From Octopus vulgaris (Eukaryota): 64,000 nt of DNA. The notes beneath the pieces are model-generated. The model ran no database searches. It had not been told where the DNA came from and worked only from the letters and a program-made list of their open reading frames with translations. This document shows, one piece after another, positions 52,623-64,000 of this stretch. The position numbers and the translations under genes were made by a program. Position 1 is the first letter of the stretch; each line of letters starts with the position of its first letter. The stretch is from contig OX597825.1 in assembly GCA_951406725.2 (NCBI GenBank), forward strand, positions 35,092,001 to 35,156,000. The letters are read 5' to 3'.

Positions 52623-53707
52623 TGTTGATATATATATGTACATCATTTTTTGTTATATTAATGCAGATTTTCATGCAATATAAGAAGAGTAAATTTTATA
52701 TAAAACGACGTATAATACAGGTGCAGGAGATCTCCATCAGAAATTCACATTAGGCCGCTATTTACACATCAACGCACATTCTTGTTACCATGTTGCCTCG
52801 GTATGTTTCATCATCTATCGCGCCGGGTTGAATATGTAGCTGTGACAACAGCTATAAGTTGAGAACGAACTCCACCAAGGATAGAATTCACTCTGGTCTT
52901 TTCGCGCTAAAATGAGCAGTATTTGTAAGCTCTGTTCACAGAAAATCCTAGTCATATTCTCAGACTATTACGTGAACGAAAACTGTTGATTGGACGGAAA
53001 ATATACTTGCACACATGATCAACTCGTGATTTCCATGCGACTAAACATTGGGTCAAATCCAGGTGTTATATAAGCTCCCTTCAAGTCGAGTTGTAGGGTA
53101 AACAAAGAAAACAGAAATGCGAAGAGTATATTTGACCAATACGAAGAAAGTTCACAGCACTGAAGTTGTTAATACTCATAGGAAAGACATGTGTTTCATA
53201 ATGTCCCTTCCCAATTTCCGTTAAAACGTAAGGATTTCACACTCGTCAAAACAGTTTATACAGTTAGCTCACGCCAAAGAGTAAAGGTTATATTTATTAC
53301 TTTGGTGAAACGAAAATGTGACTCGATTTTAGTTTCTGGTTATAGCAATTTCCCCGACTTATGTTGCTAATTTGATTTCCTATAAAAACACACAAATATC
53401 GCACCTCCACTCCATTTTATCAAAGGTGACAATAGGTTATACTCATCTATTGTTTGACTCCATGTCCTACAATTTGACGTGGAGATAATAACAGATTGCA
53501 TATACTTCGCATCTGTGTTAATTAGATAATTACTTTCTTAGAATTAAATCGATACTTCTTATGATCAATTGATTGCGAGATATTTCATTGTTTATGCCAA
53601 GATCAAATTCTAGTTTAATATTATGAATGAAATAACCTTTAATGATATTTTGAGTAATGAGGTTTGCAAATTGTCAGGAGTTCCTACACAACATCCTAGT
53701 TTACAAG

Positions 53708-53918
53708 TGATCGCGTACGTACGCCACCCCCTGTTAACTAGTGGTCTCGTATGTATAGAAAGTTCACTACGCGTATACATGAACAACTTTCTGCATTACC
53801 AGTAGTCTCGTATGTGCACGACGTCTTAGGGAGTCAGTCTCGTATGTACACACCTTGATGCCTTACATGTGGTTTCGTGCATACACAACCTCCTAGCATT
53901 ACCAATAGTCTCATCTGC
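53708..53918. repeat. Degenerate ~33-35 bp minisatellite with GTCTCGTATGT core
   Basis: Core or a close variant starts at 53744, 53805, 53837, 53872 and 53908. Confidence 0.6.
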
Positions 53919-53991
53919 TGAGAGAGAGAAAGGGAGAAAGAGACAGAGAGAAGATAATATATACATACATACACACACATATATATATATA

Positions 53992-54222
53992 CCGAAGTAA
54001 ACACATAAATGTGAAACAAGGTGGAAAAAAGAGTACTCAAATACCAGTGGTAGAGTAATATGCTTTATTTAAAGCACCAGGAAATTCTACAAAACTTGTT
54101 ACTCTGAGTTTCACGTTGCCGTTCATCGGACAGTTTTAGCAAAAACTGTCCGATGAACGGCAACGTGAAACTCAGAGTAATAGGTTTTGTAGAATTTTCT
54201 GCTGCTTTAAATAAAGTATATA
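53992..54222. mobile_element. Palindromic Penelope-type pseudo-LTR module with a hammerhead-like motif on each strand
   Basis: Inverted arms 54058-54137 and 54142-54222. Each reads aactgt-CCGATGA-ACG-gcaa-CGT-GAAA-ctcaga-GTA. Flanked by (TA)n on both sides. Confidence 0.8.
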
Positions 54223-54235
54223 TATATATGTATTT

Positions 54236-54637
54236 GAGCAGGTTTGGCTGTGTGGTAAGAAGCTTACTTCCCAATCACATGGTTCCGGGCTCAGTCCCAC
54301 TGCATGAGAACTTGGGCAAGTATCTTCTACTATAGCCTCGGGCCGATCAAGGCCTTGTGAGTGGTTTTGATAGACGTAAACTGAAAGAAGCTCTTCGTAT
54401 GTGTATATCTATCTATCTGTGCGTGTGTTTGCGTTTGTCCACCCCCATCACCACTTGACGACTAGTGTTGGTGTGTTTACTTTCCCGTAAATTAGCGGTT
54501 CAGCAAAAGTGTCCGTTAGAATAAATACTAGACATAAGAAATAAGTCCTGGGGTCAATTTGCTCGACCAAAATCCTTGAAGGCGTTGTCCCAGCATGGCC
54601 GCAGTCAAATAAATGCAACAAGTAAAAGAATAAAAGA
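54236..54637 (+). mobile_element. SINE family B
   Basis: Full-length copy. Confidence 0.92.
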
Positions 54638-54652
54638 ATATATATATATATA

Positions 54653-55968
54653 GTTGGAAAACAACAAACAAAAGACGAAGACGGATGTGTAAACAACAAA
54701 CAGATGTATTAGTTTAACACTCGAGAAATGAGAAAGTCTTTTACGTTTCGAGCCTACGCTCTTCAATAGAAATGAACACAGAAATAAACAGAGAGAGAGA
54801 AAAAAAAAAAAAAAAAGGTTTAGTGGCTAGCGATAAATAATGGCGAATGCCGGACAGAGGTGGTCAGATAGGGGAGCTAGGTAGAAGGGGAGATAATAAA
54901 GTAGTGGTGATCCAAAACGAAGGTGCGCGTGCGTCTGTATGTGAGAGCGTGTATGTGCGTGTAGATAGGGGCTGGTGACGTGTGCATGTGTAGGTGTGAG
55001 GATGATGGTGTGGATGCTTGGAAGTGGTCAGTCCTAGTTAGTGCGGGGTGGTGTGATGTGGTGTGGTGTGTTGGTGTGTGGTGTGTTGGTGTGTGGTGTG
55101 GAGTGGTGGTGTGTGGTGTGGTATGATGTGGTGTGGTGATGTTTGGTGTGGTGTGGTTGTGTGTGGTGTGGTGGTGTTGGGGTGTGGGGGGAGAGGGTAG
55201 GGTGTGGGTTGGGGTGAGGATGGGGTGCGATGGGATGTATAGGGGTGGTGCGGTTGGAATGTGTAGGGGTGGGGTAAAGAAAGAGGTGCTGACGATGAGG
55301 GTAGAGGGTGGTAGGGTGAAGGTGGGTAGGAGTGAAGAGAGGAAGTAGGTATCAGAGTAAGAGAGAAGAGGTGAGTGTGGGTGAAGGGAGGGAGTAGGTG
55401 TGCGAGGAAGAGAGGAGAGACGAGGGGGTTAGATGAAGAGGGGAGGAAAGTTGAGCTCATGTGGCGCAAAGGAGCGAAGAAAGAAGATTAATTCCTGTTC
55501 ACGCCGAAGACGGGAGTCCGGATGGCCCTTGTGCAAGGACAATCCGAACACAGATTGTAAAGAATGACCGGTAGAGCGGACATGGCGCGAGACCGGGGTG
55601 TCGTTGCCGAGTCTGATGTCTCGGAGGTGTTCCGCGAACTGGGCAGCCAAGCGGTGTCTCATTTGACTGATGTACAGAGAAGGACAGAGAGAGCAGGAGA
55701 TGCTAGAAGTGCAGGTGAAGAAGTCAGTGCTATGATAGGGTCGATGATGGGTGCCTGTGAAATGGTGGTGTTGGAGAGGTAAGGGGAGTGCAGCAGCATG
55801 GGTGGGAGCAAGGGAACGAGCCGGGTTGGGAGGTTGAGTTAGGGAAGAAACTGGACTAGGAGGTCACGTAGGTTGTGGGCTCGTTTGAAGGAGGGAAGGA
55901 GGCGGTTAGGGAATATGTGCGAAGTGGAGGGGTCGGACTGGAGTCGCCGGAAGGCTCGGAGAATAAAG
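54653..55968 (-). mobile_element. Penelope-like retroelement 3' portion (GIY-YIG endonuclease plus pseudo-LTR), probably Neptune-like
   Basis: Minus strand, frameshifted: RRLQSDPSTSHIFPNRLLPSFKRAHNLRDLLV, FPCSHPCC, FTCTSS.SCSLCP, RLAAQFAEHLRDIR..DTPVSRH..STGH, RLRREQELIFFLRSFAPHELN. Hammerhead-like motif at 54773-54738. The 3' end abuts (TA)n. Confidence 0.9.
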
Positions 55969-56067
55969 GTTGGGTCGATAAAATAAGTTCCAGTTAAACA
56001 CTGGTGTCGATCTAATCGACTTGTCCCCTACCCCGAAATTTCAGACCTTGTGCCTTTAGTAGAAAGG

Positions 56068-56142
<75 letters not shown>

Positions 56143-56144
<2 letters not shown>

Positions 56145-56530
56145 GGCGGCGAGCTGGCAGAATCGTTAGCACGCCGGGCGAAATGCTTAGCGGTATTTCG
56201 TCTGCCGTTACGTTCTGAGTTCAAATTCCGCCGAGGTCGACTTTGCCTTTCATCCTTTCGGGGTCGATGAATTATGTACCAGTTACGCACTGGGCCGATG
56301 TAATCGACTTAATCCGTTTGTCTGTCCTTGTTTGTCCCCTCTGTGTTTAGCCCCTCGTGGGTAGTAAAGAAATAGGTATTTCGCCTGTCGCCTCGTTCTG
56401 AATTCAAATTCCGTCGTGGTCAACTTTGCCTGTTGGGGTCGATAGAATAAGTACCAGTTGAACACTGGAGTCGATGTAATCGGTTCAAACCCTCCACCCA
56501 AATTGCTGTCCTTGTGGTAAAATTTGAAAT
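56143..56530 (+). mobile_element. SINE A composite (preceded by a partial copy at 55969-56070 and (ATT)n)
   Basis: Near-consensus first body, junction aaataggtatttcg at ~56371, diverged second body. Confidence 0.92.
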
Positions 56531-58183
56531 CATTATTATATTTCAATGCTTCAGTTATAGGCCAGAATGTATAAATACCATATTTTAATAATTTTTTGAC
56601 AATGTACAAAGTACAACAAAAATATTTTTGTTCGCTTAAAACAACTCCGCGAGTAAAGATGTCTGTGAATCATATCAATAGAGTATGATTTGATGAAGAT
56701 TTGTATGCTATTTCTTATTTCTTTATATTGATCCCAGACCTTGATGGGTTAGTTGTTTTATCGACCCCAAAGGGGTTGACATCGGCGGGATTTGAATCCA
56801 GAAAATAAAAAGCCGGAAGAAAAGCCGGTAAGTATTTTATCCGACATATTAAGGTTTCTCCCTTTAACTCATTCTCTAACACCAAGACAGCTCTCTCTAA
56901 TCAAGCATATCTTTGATCAACTGTGTTTCGACCGTAACTAGCAATTTCATTTTTTCCAGCCAGTATATTTAGAATTAAATTATCCAGGGTGTCCTTCATT
57001 TCTTTTTATCTGATCGGGCAATGGCCTGGAGACTCCGTTACTGACTCGAAAAATTGTCAATTATTACTGTTGGTAGAAATGATTAAAGTGATATATATAA
57101 ATATATTGGAAAGTCCCAGTCATCTTGTCTACCACCTCAAAATATCTCACTCCATTCTCCGTATGGAGTCACACTATCAATAAATGCTCAGTTGTTATTT
57201 ATAAAAAGTGCTTTAAAATAACAACACAATTTAAACATTAAAAGAAATCTATTTAAATATAAACGGATTAAAATGGAAAGAAGTCAGAAACACAAATACA
57301 TATTTGGAACTGGAAGAAATGTCATTCAGTCGTGTCAAGAAAGAAATATTCTATTAGCTAACTGGGAAAGTATTTATTCAATAACAGCGGTTCGGCATTA
57401 CTATGCACCAATGAGTAGCCAATATGTTAAAGAATTTTGAATGAACTGACAGGGCCAGGAAGTAATTTGTAAGCCATATATTACCCACTGGTAGTGAACA
57501 GTTGGTTCCTATATAAATGGAAAACCTAATTAGAGACGAATGCTTATAGTATTGCAGACATTATCGATTTTCTGGCTTTAGTAAATTTTGGATTTTGGAT
57601 GAGACCGTAATTCTTCTGCAATATGTAGCGGAATAGAATGAATAAAAATAAAATAAGAGAAAAACAAAAAAACAAACAAAAATAGCAAAGCGCTGACTGT
57701 TGGTGAAATCAACTGAATATATAGCTCTATTAGTGATATGTGTGTGTGTGTGTGTGGTTAGTCTTCTATGTCACCTTACTTCTTACTGTGAAATAATGCG
57801 AGGTGCTGAAATCAATGTGTATGTTACGGTAGCTTCTATTACTGTTGTCAAGGATGATGATGATGGTGGTGGTGGTGGTGGTGGTGGTGAGAACGAGGAT
57901 AACGATGACGACGATGATTATGGTAGGAACAACGGCAACGTTGACGCCCACTCATTGATTCTTTGGTGTTCTTTACATTATCATTAGACATGTGTCGTTG
58001 GCGATCCTCAAATTTTGTTCACCTCTGACTGTCCTATTATTTTGTAATAAAGGTGACCAGGAATCGAGACTTCTGAGAGGTCTTCCTTCTTGCTTCCTTT
58101 AATGAAGTGAAACAGTTTTGTGGATTTTGTGTCGGAAATGGAAAACCGTTTTGCTACTTACAGAAAAAAAAAATCATCATAAT

Positions 58184-58351
58184 GCAGACATGGTTGTTTG
58201 GTTAAGAAGCTCACTTTGCAACCACGTGGTTTTGGGTTCAGTCCCACCGCATAACACCATGGGCAAGTGTTTTCTACTGTAGTCCGGACCGACCGATACT
58301 TTATGAGTAAATTTGACAGTTGGAAACTGTACAGAAGTCCCTCATGTATAT

Positions 58352-58407
<56 letters not shown>

Positions 58408-58640
58408 TGTGTGTGTTTGTGTGTGTGTGTGTAGCTTTGCGATTGTGTTTGCCCACCCCTATCACTTGACTGTTGGTTTGTTTAAGTCCCCGTAACTAAA
58501 TAGTTTAACAAAAGAAACCGACAGAATAAAAACTAGTCTTTAAAATATAAGTACTGGGATCGATTTGTTTGACTAAACCTTTCAAAGTGATACCCCAGTA
58601 TGGCCGCAGTCAAATGATTGAATCAAGTAAAAGATAAAAA
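58184..58640 (+). mobile_element. SINE family B, diverged
   Basis: Head, CORE-like segment, internal (TG)n and conserved tail. Confidence 0.88.
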
Positions 58641-58815
58641 ATAGCAACTGTTGTGGTAGCAGAAAAGTGGGGAGATGTAGTGAGAGGGTAGGTGAGTACA
58701 CGTGACAGACAAACCAATTATTGCCGTCACCACCACTACCACCACCAACGACACAAATGGACGTGCAGGCGGCGCTAGTGGTAGCCGCAACACTATGGCG
58801 GGTAACCTGAAAAAA

Positions 58816-59052
58816 TACCTATTTCTTTATTACCCACTAGGGGCTAAACACAGAGGGGACAAACAAGGACAGACATAGGTATTAAGTCGATTACATCGAC
58901 CCCAGTGCGTAACTGGTACTTAATTTATCGACCCCGAAAGGATGAAAGGCAAAGTCGACCTCGGCGGAATTTGAACTCACAACGTAACGCAGACGAAATA
59001 CCGCTAAGCATTTCGCCCGGCGTGCTAACGTTTTCTGCCAGCTCGCCGCCTT
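58816..59052 (-). mobile_element. SINE family A
   Basis: Near-consensus reverse copy. Confidence 0.93.
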
Positions 59053-59356
59053 AAATACCGTTTCTCCTACTCTCACCACCAGGATTACTAGCGTCTCTCG
59101 TTCACAGTCTTGTGGCTGGCAACTGTGAGAACAGCATGCGAAACAACAGCACTGTAACCATAGCCACTGCGAAAGTCACGGCAAATAGCAGAAGAAGCAG
59201 CAACAACGACAAAACCAACACTGCAAAAGGAAACTACTCTGCTAGAACCATGAGGAGCCTAACCCTTTTGATATCAACCTAGTCATTGACACTTCTTGAC
59301 TTGGGTCAGTGATAAGGCTTTCAAATGGTTATTATGATGACCATACGGTAATGATA

Positions 59357-59391
59357 TCCATCCATCCATCCATCCATCCATCCATCCATCC

Positions 59392-59446
<55 letters not shown>

Positions 59447-59545
59447 CATCCATCCATCCATCCATCCATCCACCCACCAACCCACCCACAAACCCACCCA
59501 CCCACCCACCTACCTACCTACCTACCTACCTACCTACCTACCTAC

Positions 59546-59614
<69 letters not shown>

Positions 59615-59697
59615 CATCCATCAATCCACCCACCAACCCACCCTAAACCCACCTACCTACCTACCTACCTACCTACCTACCTACCTACCTACCTACC

Positions 59698-59744
<47 letters not shown>

Positions 59745-59785
59745 CATCCATCCATCCATCCATCCATCCATCCATCCATCCATCC

Positions 59786-59846
<61 letters not shown>
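59357..59846. repeat. Compound (ATCC)/(ATCT)/(ACCT) tetranucleotide microsatellite
   Basis: Alternating blocks, with an internal duplication marked by cacccaccaacccaccc at ~59471 and ~59627. Confidence 0.97.
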
Positions 59847-59847
<1 letters not shown>

Positions 59848-60459
59848 TTGCATGTGTCTGACCTCTTGTATTTATAGACAAGAAAGCATTCAATACAGCA
59901 AGGAAAGTTAGCGTATTTTAATTGAAGCTGGAGCTACTTAAAGCGATACTTAGAGATTTACGTTGACGATACGATTAAAGTTTGGATGTAGCGTGATAGA
60001 CACATCAGCAAAACTATACATACACTCATAGATATAGATTAATCGTCGAAATATAATTGGTTACCCGTTAGAAAATACGTTTCACAATTATTCAGTTGTT
60101 ACACACAGAACACACGATTCATTCTTCTATTCACATGAAAAAAAACTCGTGATATTTCAATGTTTTCAGAATCCAGTACCACAAGGATACTTGATAAAGT
60201 TTAATTTGTTTGGAATAGCAGATTTTTTTATTAAAATTTTTTTTTTGACGAAGATTGCCAAATTCATTATGTGGGCGATAAACTATTTCAGCCAATTGGT
60301 AGTTGGAAATTCAAAACAGGTTTCCCACCACCAAATCCAATAATATGTTATATTTCTCCGTGATACAAAGAGAGTGCCTGTTGTAGATATTAAGGAAAGC
60401 GGAAGTTTATTCTATAATGAACCAATCGATTTTTGGTGTCAATATTACCATGCGTTAAC

Positions 60460-60512
<53 letters not shown>

Positions 60513-60517
<5 letters not shown>

Positions 60518-61678
60518 CAGTTTTATTTCAAGATTTCTCGCCAATAGAGAAAGAGCCGGTTTCTAACCTAGATCAAGGACTCCTTTATTGGAACTTCAAC
60601 ATCAACAACAGGGTATATTTGTATGCTTGTATGTATGTCTGTATGTCTGTCTGTCTGTATGTATGTATGTATGTACATTTGTATGTTTTATTTTATGTTT
60701 GTATTCTCATGCATTTAGTTGCATATGTAGACATGCTCATATACATTTAAATGATAAACTTCTGGAAAGTTTTACAGATTTTTACGGTTCCAGTGATGGA
60801 TTGGATCTGTAGTCTTCGAATTAGATTTCTCCTTTCTGGTTTTGAGAAGCCTAGTTTCTCAAAATTATTATTTAGGCAGTGTGATACATATCCCAGGGCC
60901 CCAATAATTACAGGTATAAACCTGAACTTGTAATCTGGTTAGAGTAACTGCAGATTTCTCAATAGTTCAGCGTAGGTATTCTCTTTTTCACTGATCTTCA
61001 GCTTTACGTTAGCATGTACTGGATAGCTAATTTCTACAACTGTACACAGTTTCTCTTCTCTATCCAAATCATTATATCAGGTCTGCTGTGCCTACATTTT
61101 ATTGAGGTCTTCACTGGGACATTCCACCAATACTCCTTTTTATTATGAATGTCTATGGCGTCTACCATACTGTGAATTTTTATTTATTTGTCCTCAGGGT
61201 TATCCTTCCGACGGATTTCCTTACAGAGTGTCCTAACTACAACATCACGTCTCATCGGTAGATAACACCGTGATGACATTTTCGGACAAGTGCTTATGAT
61301 GTGGGTTATATCTTCGGATTTAACTCCAAAAAATTCGGCATCGGTTGTCACATTTTACTGATTTCCTGCATCTCTATCCTTTTTGTGCATTTATATGGTT
61401 GATATTTATTTCCTGTTTCTGGATTGCAGATGCATACCCTTCAAAGTGGAAGGTAATAATCCGGATGTTGGTCCATGATAAATTGCTTTGGTGATCAACG
61501 TTACTATCACCTCGGAGCTTTCTACTAACTTATCCATGCATAGTCTTCTGCTCATACAAGCTCATCCTTTTATCTGATGATACGTTGTGGTAGAGTTGTG
61601 TGACTTTCTTGGGCATGTATTCTAGGTTATCAGACAAGGAATGTTGCTCAAGGAGCTGCGTTCCAAGTTTTATGATGT
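60513..61678 (-). mobile_element. R4/Dong-like non-LTR retrotransposon 3' fragment (Zn knuckle, restriction-like endonuclease, 3' UTR)
   Basis: Minus strand: EGYASAIQKQEIN, CRIF...EDITHIISTCPKMS, RPDIMIW, EEKLCTVVEISYP...KISEKENTY and FIPVIIGALG. The 3' end abuts (TA)n at 60463-60512. Confidence 0.88.
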
Positions 61679-62607
61679 GATCAGCAACTTTTGGACCGTA
61701 GCTTGGGGAATGTGAGGACGTGCATTGTCGAGGAGCAAAATTAGGCCATCTCTCTTCACTAGTCTGGGTTGCTTCTTTTTAAAATTCTCATACATACATC
61801 AATTTCCTAGCAATACGATGTTCTGTTACCGTTTTTCCTTGTTGCAAAAATGAATAATGAGTAACTCCCTTCGCAGGCCACCATATAGTGACCATTAACT
61901 TTTGAGGGTGCAATGGTGGGTTTGGGTAGTGTTTAAGTGATTCTCTTGCATCTAATCATTGCCCTGTTCTCCTGCTGTTGTCAAAGAGTATCCATTTCTC
62001 ATCGCAGGTAATGATTTGATGCAAAAATGGTCTTTTTCCAGTCGTGAAAGCAATAAGGAGCACACTTCGAGCCGTCTGTTTTTTAAATCCCGTTCAGTTG
62101 ATGAGTAACAAACCTATCCGTTTTCTTGACCTTTCCAATGTTTTACAGGTGTCCAAGAACAGTTGTGCGAAATATTTGGAGTTTTGATGAAAATTTTCGA
62201 ACTTTTGTCCTCGGATTTTGTTGAACCAAAGGATTTAATCCATCATGTCGAATAACTTATTTTGGCCTACCTCTTTGTTTATTTTCAAGGCTATCATCTC
62301 CTGAGCGAAAGCTTTGGAACCATCTCTGAACAGTCCTGATGTCAACAAAACCATTACCAAAGGCCCGCTTGATATTCTATAGAGCTTCTGTGACAGAGTG
62401 ACTCAGTTTGTACTTATACCAGAAAATCACTCAACATAGTTTCGTTGTTAACATTTTCATAAGGTCTGTGTGTACGAATTTTGTATGCCGATTTTGTTGG
62501 GAAAGAAAAGAGTCAATATTAAATGCAAGGTATACATAATTGAGCTTTTAAATGACTGAAATAACAAGTAATTAAAAATGCGACATTTCATGTGAAACAA
62601 TCTAATA
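61679..62607 (-). mobile_element. Mariner (Mos1-like) transposase pseudogene with one TIR
   Basis: Minus strand: WFQSFRSGD, QIITCDEKWIL, KLMVTIWW, LILLLDNARPH. TIR-like tattagattgtttcacatgaaatgtcgc at 62607-62580. Confidence 0.9.
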
Positions 62608-62775
62608 CATTCTAATGTGTCTTTTCCTCATTTAAGCGATACGATTTGGCTGCTGGTTAATTAAAGAGCTTCACACAATGTGTGTATATATATATGGACA
62701 TTTAAATGCGTTCAAATTTGAACGGATTAAAAGAAATGACAGTGAGTGACGGTGAGTAAAAATAACAATACTTAC

Positions 62776-63519
62776 GACTGATGGAGGATCCTCAGTAATG
62801 ATTGTTGGTGATTGTTTCTTTCGTTTACATATCCACCAGCCGTTATCTTGTGCGTAGGCGTGGAGTACGAAGGCAGGGAAGTATAGGAATGTTACCCAGG
62901 CTTCCCAAATAGTTACAACTCCGGGAGAGATGAAAGCTGTTACGATATACATCCATATATAAGCCCATAGAGACCAGATAGACGTTGTAATAAATACTCC
63001 AAACGTTTTGATTTTCTTTACTTTGTTATTTGGTAAACTGGATATACAAACGGAGGTTATCATTAACAAATTGAAAGCAGCGCTACCTACAATGGTAAAA
63101 GTACCAAGGTTTTTCTCCCCGCTTTGGTCCCCAAGTCTTAAAACATTCTCTATTGTGGCCAATAATATCTCTGGAGCACTGCTTCCAAGAGCTAGAAGTG
63201 TAAGATTGGCGACAGTTTCGTTCCACACCATTACTTCTTTTGCAATTCTCTCCTGTCGCTCCTCATCCCACTTGTAGACTGTTTTCTTTTGGCTGGTAAT
63301 TACTTCAATACTACTCATGAACAAATCGGAGACAATAGCAATTCCTAAAAATATGTACAGCATGGCTATTATATAAATCACACCTCGTGTTGTATGAAGC
63401 CAAAGGTTTTCTCCTGGCACAAGAATCCAACTCGAACATCTGGTGTGGTTTTCTGGGATGTATTCCACTATATACCCGTAGGTATAGTTCTGTCTGAACT
63501 CCATTATTACTTCATTCAT
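62776..63519 (-). CDS. SLC8A: Sodium/calcium exchanger (NCX/SLC8-like), N-terminal transmembrane exon (TM1-5, alpha-1 repeat), 248 codons
   Basis: FMSSIEVITSQ, VWNETVANLTLLALGSSAPEILL, TIVGSAAFNLL and WEAWVTFLYFP are NCX hallmarks. Acceptor ttttcag|TC-ATG (exon starts 63521); donor GTC|gtaagt after 62776. Confidence 0.97.
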
Positions 63520-64000
63520 GACTGAAAACAGAATAATAAAAAGCTTTATTAGATTTATTTATTAAACTGAAATGTGGTGGCTCAAAAGAAAATAACAAAA
63601 ATCATACAGCTCTCTCACACAAAAAGCAAAGAACAACAATAAATCTCAGTGAAACTCCAAAAAGCAAGCAAAACAACGGGAAATAAAAATGTTCTCTGTC
63701 GTCTGAATGTATTTTGAAATATAGGAAAGGGATAAAAGAAAACGTTTAAAGCTTTTTTCTTCAAAATCTACCGAGTAACACGTGTAAAACCGCTACTCCT
63801 AGCTCACGCTTTTTTTCATTTCTGGCTCCCGTAGGAATGAACCACACGCTTTGCTTTTATATTACTATTATTGTTATCTTTTAAACATTATATATGTGTA
63901 TATGTGTCTGTGTGTTCTCTCACTCTCAAACATATACATTCATAATGCATGACTCATGCATATATGCTGAAATTTTAAAAAGTAGATGTAATGGTAGTAC

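Noticed and set aside
53708-53918. CRISPR-like repeat/spacer array
   Set aside because: Eukaryotic intron, short degenerate repeats, related linkers and no cas genes.
59309-59911. 200-aa ORF
   Set aside because: Tetranucleotide repeat translation.
62671-62775. Last 34 aa of the 282-aa ORF
   Set aside because: Lies beyond a consensus gtaagt donor and is intron read-through.
63008-63277. Plus-strand 89-aa ORF
   Set aside because: Antisense shadow of the NCX exon.

Overview
AT-rich, repeat-dense eukaryotic DNA. The SINE families and microsatellites look like an octopus (coleoid cephalopod) genome, which is an inference from recognised repeat motifs. The only clear host gene is a Na+/Ca2+ exchanger (NCX/SLC8-like) on the minus strand. 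It has a large coding exon at 63521-62776 with clean splice sites, and a probable next in-phase exon about 29.5 kb away at 33240-33131. Most of the window is therefore probably intron of this gene. The intron holds decayed LINEs (RTE, CR1, L2-like, R4/Dong-like), a Penelope-like GIY-YIG element, two Tc1/mariner remnants, a Helitron-like element, MITE-like foldbacks, four or more SINE families and many microsatellites. Almost all other ORFs in the track are microsatellite or SINE artefacts. The most notable signals are: (1) several families of short Penelope-type modules carrying minimal hammerhead-ribozyme motifs, mostly abutting (TA)n tracts, including a palindromic double-hammerhead; (2) a LINE 3' tail shared with a SINE family, with a compensatory base-pair change in its hairpin; (3) a recurring SINE-in-SINE junction at the same site. 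Boundaries of decayed elements are approximate.
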